A DNA stretch of 55,328 bases from Myxococcales bacterium (lineage in GTDB: Bacteria; Myxococcota_A; Polyangia; Polyangiales; Houyiibacteriaceae), in contig JAGQJE010000333.1 of the NCBI GenBank assembly GCA_020430775.1, forward strand, positions 1-55,328. The letters are read 5' to 3'. Below the pieces are notes generated by a model. The model made no database searches, was not told the DNA's origin, and worked only from the letters and a program-made list of their open reading frames with translations. This document shows positions 51,602 through 55,328 of this stretch, in pieces. Every line of letters begins with the position of its first letter. Positions within the stretch are counted from its first letter, which is position 1. Position numbers and translations under genes: made by a program.

Positions 51602-53845
51602 TCAGCGGGCTCGATCGTGCAACATCAGACGACCGACGTTCACGGCACAATGCTTGTAGGCGGGCTGGCGGGACGTCGGATCGAACGCCGGGAAGGTCAG
51701 GCGGTTGGTCTGCACGTAGTGCATCGGGATGAACACCTGGCCGGGCTGTACGATGTGCGTGACATACGCGCGCGCTTCGAGCGTCCCGCGACGCGAGCTG
51801 ACTCGGACCCAATCGTTGGGTGCGATGCCGAGGCGGTCCGCGTCGCGCGGAGAGATCTCCACGTAGATCGTCTCCGGCGCGAGCGTCTGGAGCACGGCGC
51901 TCTTGCCGGTGCGCGTCTGCGTGTGCCACTGCGCCGAGTTCCCGCGCCCGGTGAGCAGCACCATGGGAAAGCGCTCGTCCACCTCTTCGGGGACCGGCGT
52001 CGAGGGACCGCAGATGAACCGCGCCCGACCGCTCTCATGGTAGAAGTTGCCGTCGGCGAAGAGCCGTCGCTCGCTCCCGGGCGCCACCTTCTCGCCCTCC
52101 GGCAGTGGCCACTGTACGCCGCGTAGCGAGTCCACCTCGGTGTAGCCCCCGACCCCGGTGATGTCACAGGGCGTGTCCTTCGTGAGCTCCTTCAGAATCC
52201 CGAACACCGCCTCCGGCGACGACCACTCGGCGAACATCTCGCCGCAGCCCCACGTCTCGGCGACGAGTTGGAAGATACGGAAGTCGCTGAGCGCCTCACC
52301 GGGGGCCCGTGCGACCTGTTTGATGACGCCGATGCGTCGCTCCGAGTTGATGAACGTCCCCTCCTTCTCACCCCAGGCGGCGGCGGGGAGGACGAGATGG
52401 GCGAGGTCCGCCGTGTGGCTCGAGACGTACATGTCCTGGACGACGAGGTAGTCGAGCCGCGACAGGATGTCGCGGGCGTCGCGCTGGTTGATCCACGAGT
52501 GGGCCGGGTTCGTCGCGACGACCCACAGCCCCTTGATCTCGTCGCGGAGGATCGCCTCCATGATCTGGTCGTACGCCATCCCGCCGTCGGTCGGGATGAC
52601 CGACGCGTCGACCCCCAGGCGCTTCGCGACGGTCGCGCGGTGCTCCGCGTCGTCCCACTTGCGCCCGCCGAGGAGGCTCGTGGTGTTGCTGAACAGGCGC
52701 GAGCCCATCGCGTTGCACTGGCCGGTGATGGAGTTCGCCCCGGTCCCGGGCCTTCCGATGTTGCCCGTCATCAGCGAGAGCGCGATGATCGCCTGCGCGA
52801 CCTTGACGCCCTCGTGGCTCTGGTTGACGCCCATGGTCCACCAGAACGACACGCGCTCGCCGCGATGGATGAGCTCCGCGAAGCGCTCGATGCGCTCCAC
52901 CGGGAGCCCGGAGCGGGCGGACGCGCGCTCCGGTGGGAACTGCGCCACGTGCTTCGCGAACTCGTCGAAGCCCTCGGTGTGCGCCTCCACGAACCCACGA
53001 TCCACCCATCCCTCGCGGATGAGGACGTTCGCGACGCCGTAGAAGAGCTCGAGGTCGCTCTTGGGCGCGATGGGAAGGTGCGCCGTCGCCTGCTGCGCCG
53101 TCTCCGTGCGCCGCGGGTCGATGACCACGACGACCGGCGAGTGGGGGTTGCGGCAGACGCGCTCCCAGAGGATCGGGTGCGCGATGCAGGGGTTCGCGCC
53201 GATGAAGACGAGGACGTCGCTCTCCTCGAAGTCGGCGTACGAGTACGGCGGCGCGTCGAACCCGAAGCACGACTTGTAGGCGGCGACGGCGGTGGCCATG
53301 CACTGACGCGTGTTGCCGTCGCCGTGCTTCATCCCCATGCCGAACTTCGCCAAGCAGCCTAGGAAGGCCAGCTCCTCGAGCGGCATCTGTCCCGTTCCCA
53401 GGAACGCCACGGACTCCGGCCCGTGCTTCGCCTGGATCGCCTTGAAGCGAGCCGTGAAGGCCTCGAGGGCGACCTCCCACGACACGGCACGGAGCCGCTC
53501 TCCGGCGTGCTCGCGCGTCATTGGGGTGAGCGCGCGGTCCGCCGCTTTCAGCGGGGTCAACGCCTCCCAGCCCTTCGGGCACGCCAGGCCGAGGTTGACC
53601 GGGTAGTCCACGCTCGGCGTGACCGACACCGCCTGCCCGTCCTTCATGTGGACATCGAGGCCACACCCGGTGGAGCAGAACCCACAGATCATCGTGGTGG
53701 TGGCGTCGGGCTTGAGCTTGTCCGGCACCTGCCCGAGACCGAACCCGCCGGGCGAACGGAGCAGCTCGCGCGTGAGGACGCTCCCATCATCGCGAAGTAG
53801 ACGGCGCGCGCGCTCTACGATGGAGCCGTTTCGTTTCGAGATCAC
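51602..53845 (-). CDS. molybdopterin oxidoreductase, assimilatory-nitrate-reductase-like catalytic subunit
   Basis: ORF 51602..54667 trimmed to GTG 53845, which overlaps the upstream stop as GTGA. It has the N-terminal 4Fe-4S motif CGFCSTGCG, the Mo-ligand region [10 protein letters not shown] and [11 protein letters not shown]. No Tat signal is visible. Confidence 0.85.
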   Translation of the reverse strand: MISKRNGSIVERARRLLRDDGSVLTRELLRSPGGFGLGQVPDKLKPDATTTMICGFCSTGCGLDVHMKDGQAVSVTPSVDYPVNLGLACPKGWEALTPLKAADRALTPMTREHAGERLRAVSWEVALEAFTARFKAIQAKHGPESVAFLGTGQMPLEELAFLGCLAKFGMGMKHGDGNTRQCMATAVAAYKSCFGFDAPPYSYADFEESDVLVFIGANPCIAHPILWERVCRNPHSPVVVVIDPRRTETAQQATAHLPIAPKSDLELFYGVANVLIREGWVDRGFVEAHTEGFDEFAKHVAQFPPERASARSGLPVERIERFAELIHRGERVSFWWTMGVNQSHEGVKVAQAIIALSLMTGNIGRPGTGANSITGQCNAMGSRLFSNTTSLLGGRKWDDAEHRATVAKRLGVDASVIPTDGGMAYDQIMEAILRDEIKGLWVVATNPAHSWINQRDARDILSRLDYLVVQDMYVSSHTADLAHLVLPAAAWGEKEGTFINSERRIGVIKQVARAPGEALSDFRIFQLVAETWGCGEMFAEWSSPEAVFGILKELTKDTPCDITGVGGYTEVDSLRGVQWPLPEGEKVAPGSERRLFADGNFYHESGRARFICGPSTPVPEEVDERFPMVLLTGRGNSAQWHTQTRTGKSAVLQTLAPETIYVEISPRDADRLGIAPNDWVRVSSRRGTLEARAYVTHIVQPGQVFIPMHYVQTNRLTFPAFDPTSRQPAYKHCAVNVGRLMLHDRAR

Positions 53846-55202
53846 GGGGCACCGCCCGGGCGGCCGGGCATGCGCGGCGCGCTGACGGCCGCGAAGAAGA
53901 GGGTTCGTTCGATGAGAGCGCCCGCTACCAGGAGCAATGCGCTGGCGACGACGGCGGCGAGCTGGAAGGAGAAGGGCACGCCCTCGCTGCTGACGAGGAA
54001 GACGAAGGGGACGACGGCGCCGCCGAGCACGGCCACGACGAGCCGCATACCGCTCAACGGGCGGAGCTCTCCTACGAGCAGGCGGGCGGACCGCCACAGG
54101 TCGCCCCGCTGCCGGTCTCGCAGGTGCGTCAACACCGACGCCTCGCCGAGGAGCGCGAGCATGGTGGCGGCCGCGAGCGCCTTCGCGGAGAACGCGAACC
54201 ACGGCGCCATCACGGCCGCGGGCTCCTCCGCGACCAGCTTCGCGATGATCGCGGCGAACGCGGTGCTGAACGCGAGGCCGAGGACGGTCGCGGTCATGAA
54301 GAACTTCATCCCGGTGTAGGCGCCGTTCCACCAGCGGCGGCCGGTCACGGCGTAGACCATCACGGAGCAAAAGACCCCGGCCAGTCCGGTCACGGCCACG
54401 ACGGGCCCGAGGTAGGGGAGCGACCGCGCCGCAACCTCGGGCAGCCAGGTCATGGCGGTCACCACGGGGGCGTGCTCGGCCTGCCAGAGCGCGGCGGCGT
54501 ACACGGCGGCCACGCCGGCAAACGCGCCGAACGCCAGGATCTCGCGGCTGAGCCACGAGGTCCGGATGCCGAGGATCGCGCGGAAGGCGTACTGGGGGCG
54601 ACCGAGGTGCGCGGTGCTGGCGCCCATGGCGACGAGGCCTAGCGCGAGCGCCAAGAGCCCGTGCCACTGGCGAATCGGCGAGAGCGCGTCGCCCGGGATC
54701 AGCCGGTCGAAGAACTCACTGACGCAGAACGCGCCGACCGAGAGCTGCGTGAGCACGAGCATCCACACGAGCGGCGTGTGCACGTGCGCGGCATGCACGG
54801 TGTAGAAGTCCGCAGGGATCGCGTTGCGGGGCAGCGGCTCCTTGGTCTTGTACACCGTCGTGGGGATCGTGATGCCCGGCGAGGGCGCCCCAGGGAGAAA
54901 CACGCCCGCCTGCGCGTCGTCGATCGCGTCCTGCGTGTCCACGACGGTGATCGAGATCGCCGCACTGGGGCACGCCTGGACGCACGCGGGTGCCTCGCCC
55001 TCCGCCAGCCGCCCGGCGCACATGTCGCACTTGCGTACGATGCCCTTGTCCGCGTTGTACTTCGGGACCTCGTAGGGGCACGTGAAGATGCAGTACTGGC
55101 AACCGATGCATTGGTCGTCGAGGTGCCGCACGATGCCGGTGATGGAGTCTTTTTCGTACGCGCCGACCGGGCAGCCCTTCATGCAGGCTGGGTCGACGCA
55201 GT
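53842..55202 (-). pseudogene. 4Fe-4S ferredoxin (DmsB-like) fused to DmsC-like polytopic membrane anchor, 5'-truncated by an IS element
   Basis: Ferredoxin homology starts abruptly at ...HCVDPACMKGCP, which is cluster motif 2 lacking its first Cys. CIGCQYCIFTCP and CDMCAGR...PACVQACP follow, then ~8 TM helices. Cluster motif 1 is absent. The upstream sequence is IS-like. Confidence 0.6.
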
Positions 55203-55328
55203 GTAAGCCTCCTACGGGCCGCCTTGTAGCGGGGCGGTGCTGGGGGGTTATGTCGGGGGCATGAGCACGAAGCGACGCCGGCGTAGCTCGGCGGAGTGGG
55301 CGGAGCTGGTCGCGCAGTGGCGGCTGAG
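55203..55328 (+). mobile_element. left end of an IS66-family-like insertion sequence (continues beyond window)
   Basis: The putative terminal inverted repeat starts GTAAGCCTCC..., and IS66 inverted repeats typically start GTAAGC. An ORF begins ~58 nt further in. The ferredoxin reading-frame homology ends exactly here. Confidence 0.5.
55261..55328 (+). CDS. IS accessory/transposase ORF A-like protein (partial, 5' end only)
   Basis: ATG 55261, preceded by GGGGG. The translation is MSTKRRRRSSAEWAELVAQWRL. A basic N-terminus followed by an EW..LV helix resembles the TnpA/OrfA HTH proteins of the IS66 and IS3 families. Confidence 0.45.
   Translation, partial: MSTKRRRRSSAEWAELVAQWRL

Noticed and set aside
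1-55328. Search for CRISPR arrays, rRNA and tRNA genes
   Set aside because: I saw no regularly spaced direct repeats with unique spacers and no rRNA-like or cloverleaf-capable segments. All tandem repeats found lie inside coding regions.

Overview
Very GC-rich (about 70% by eye) chromosomal segment with myxobacterial hallmarks. These are many lipobox lipoproteins with Asp-Ala-Gly-rich linkers, Myxococcus-type cysteine-rich repeats, a sigma54 enhancer-binding protein and a Ser/Thr-kinase/STAND protein. I support about 36 protein-coding genes, two of them disrupted. The metabolic genes comprise an aldehyde dehydrogenase, an acyl-CoA dehydrogenase with its partner kinase-like protein, and proS. 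They also include a carboxyltransferase + long biotin-carboxylase/BCCP + ACT protein + propionyl-CoA synthetase cluster, an alkyl sulfatase, and a nitrate-reductase-like molybdoenzyme. I saw no rRNA, tRNA or CRISPR array. Long ORFs antisense to real genes are GC artefacts and were rejected. Best leads: (1) a visibly lower-GC two-gene restriction-modification-like island (42353-44822), with a C5 methyltransferase and a PD-(D/E)XK protein whose N-terminal domain I cannot place. (2) A sigma54 enhancer-type control region with two identical TGTCCT-N6-AGGACA palindromes next to an EBP whose GAFTGA motif is degenerate. (3) Strong -24/-12 elements upstream of secreted-protein genes. (4) An M23 peptidase gene broken by one in-frame amber codon. 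(5) An IS66-like element truncating the ferredoxin/anchor gene of the molybdoenzyme operon. (6) A lipoprotein with TNFR/ephrin-receptor-like Cys repeats and seven 171-nt periodic repeats, some near-identical at DNA level. All family assignments come from motif recognition by eye, and no searches were run.
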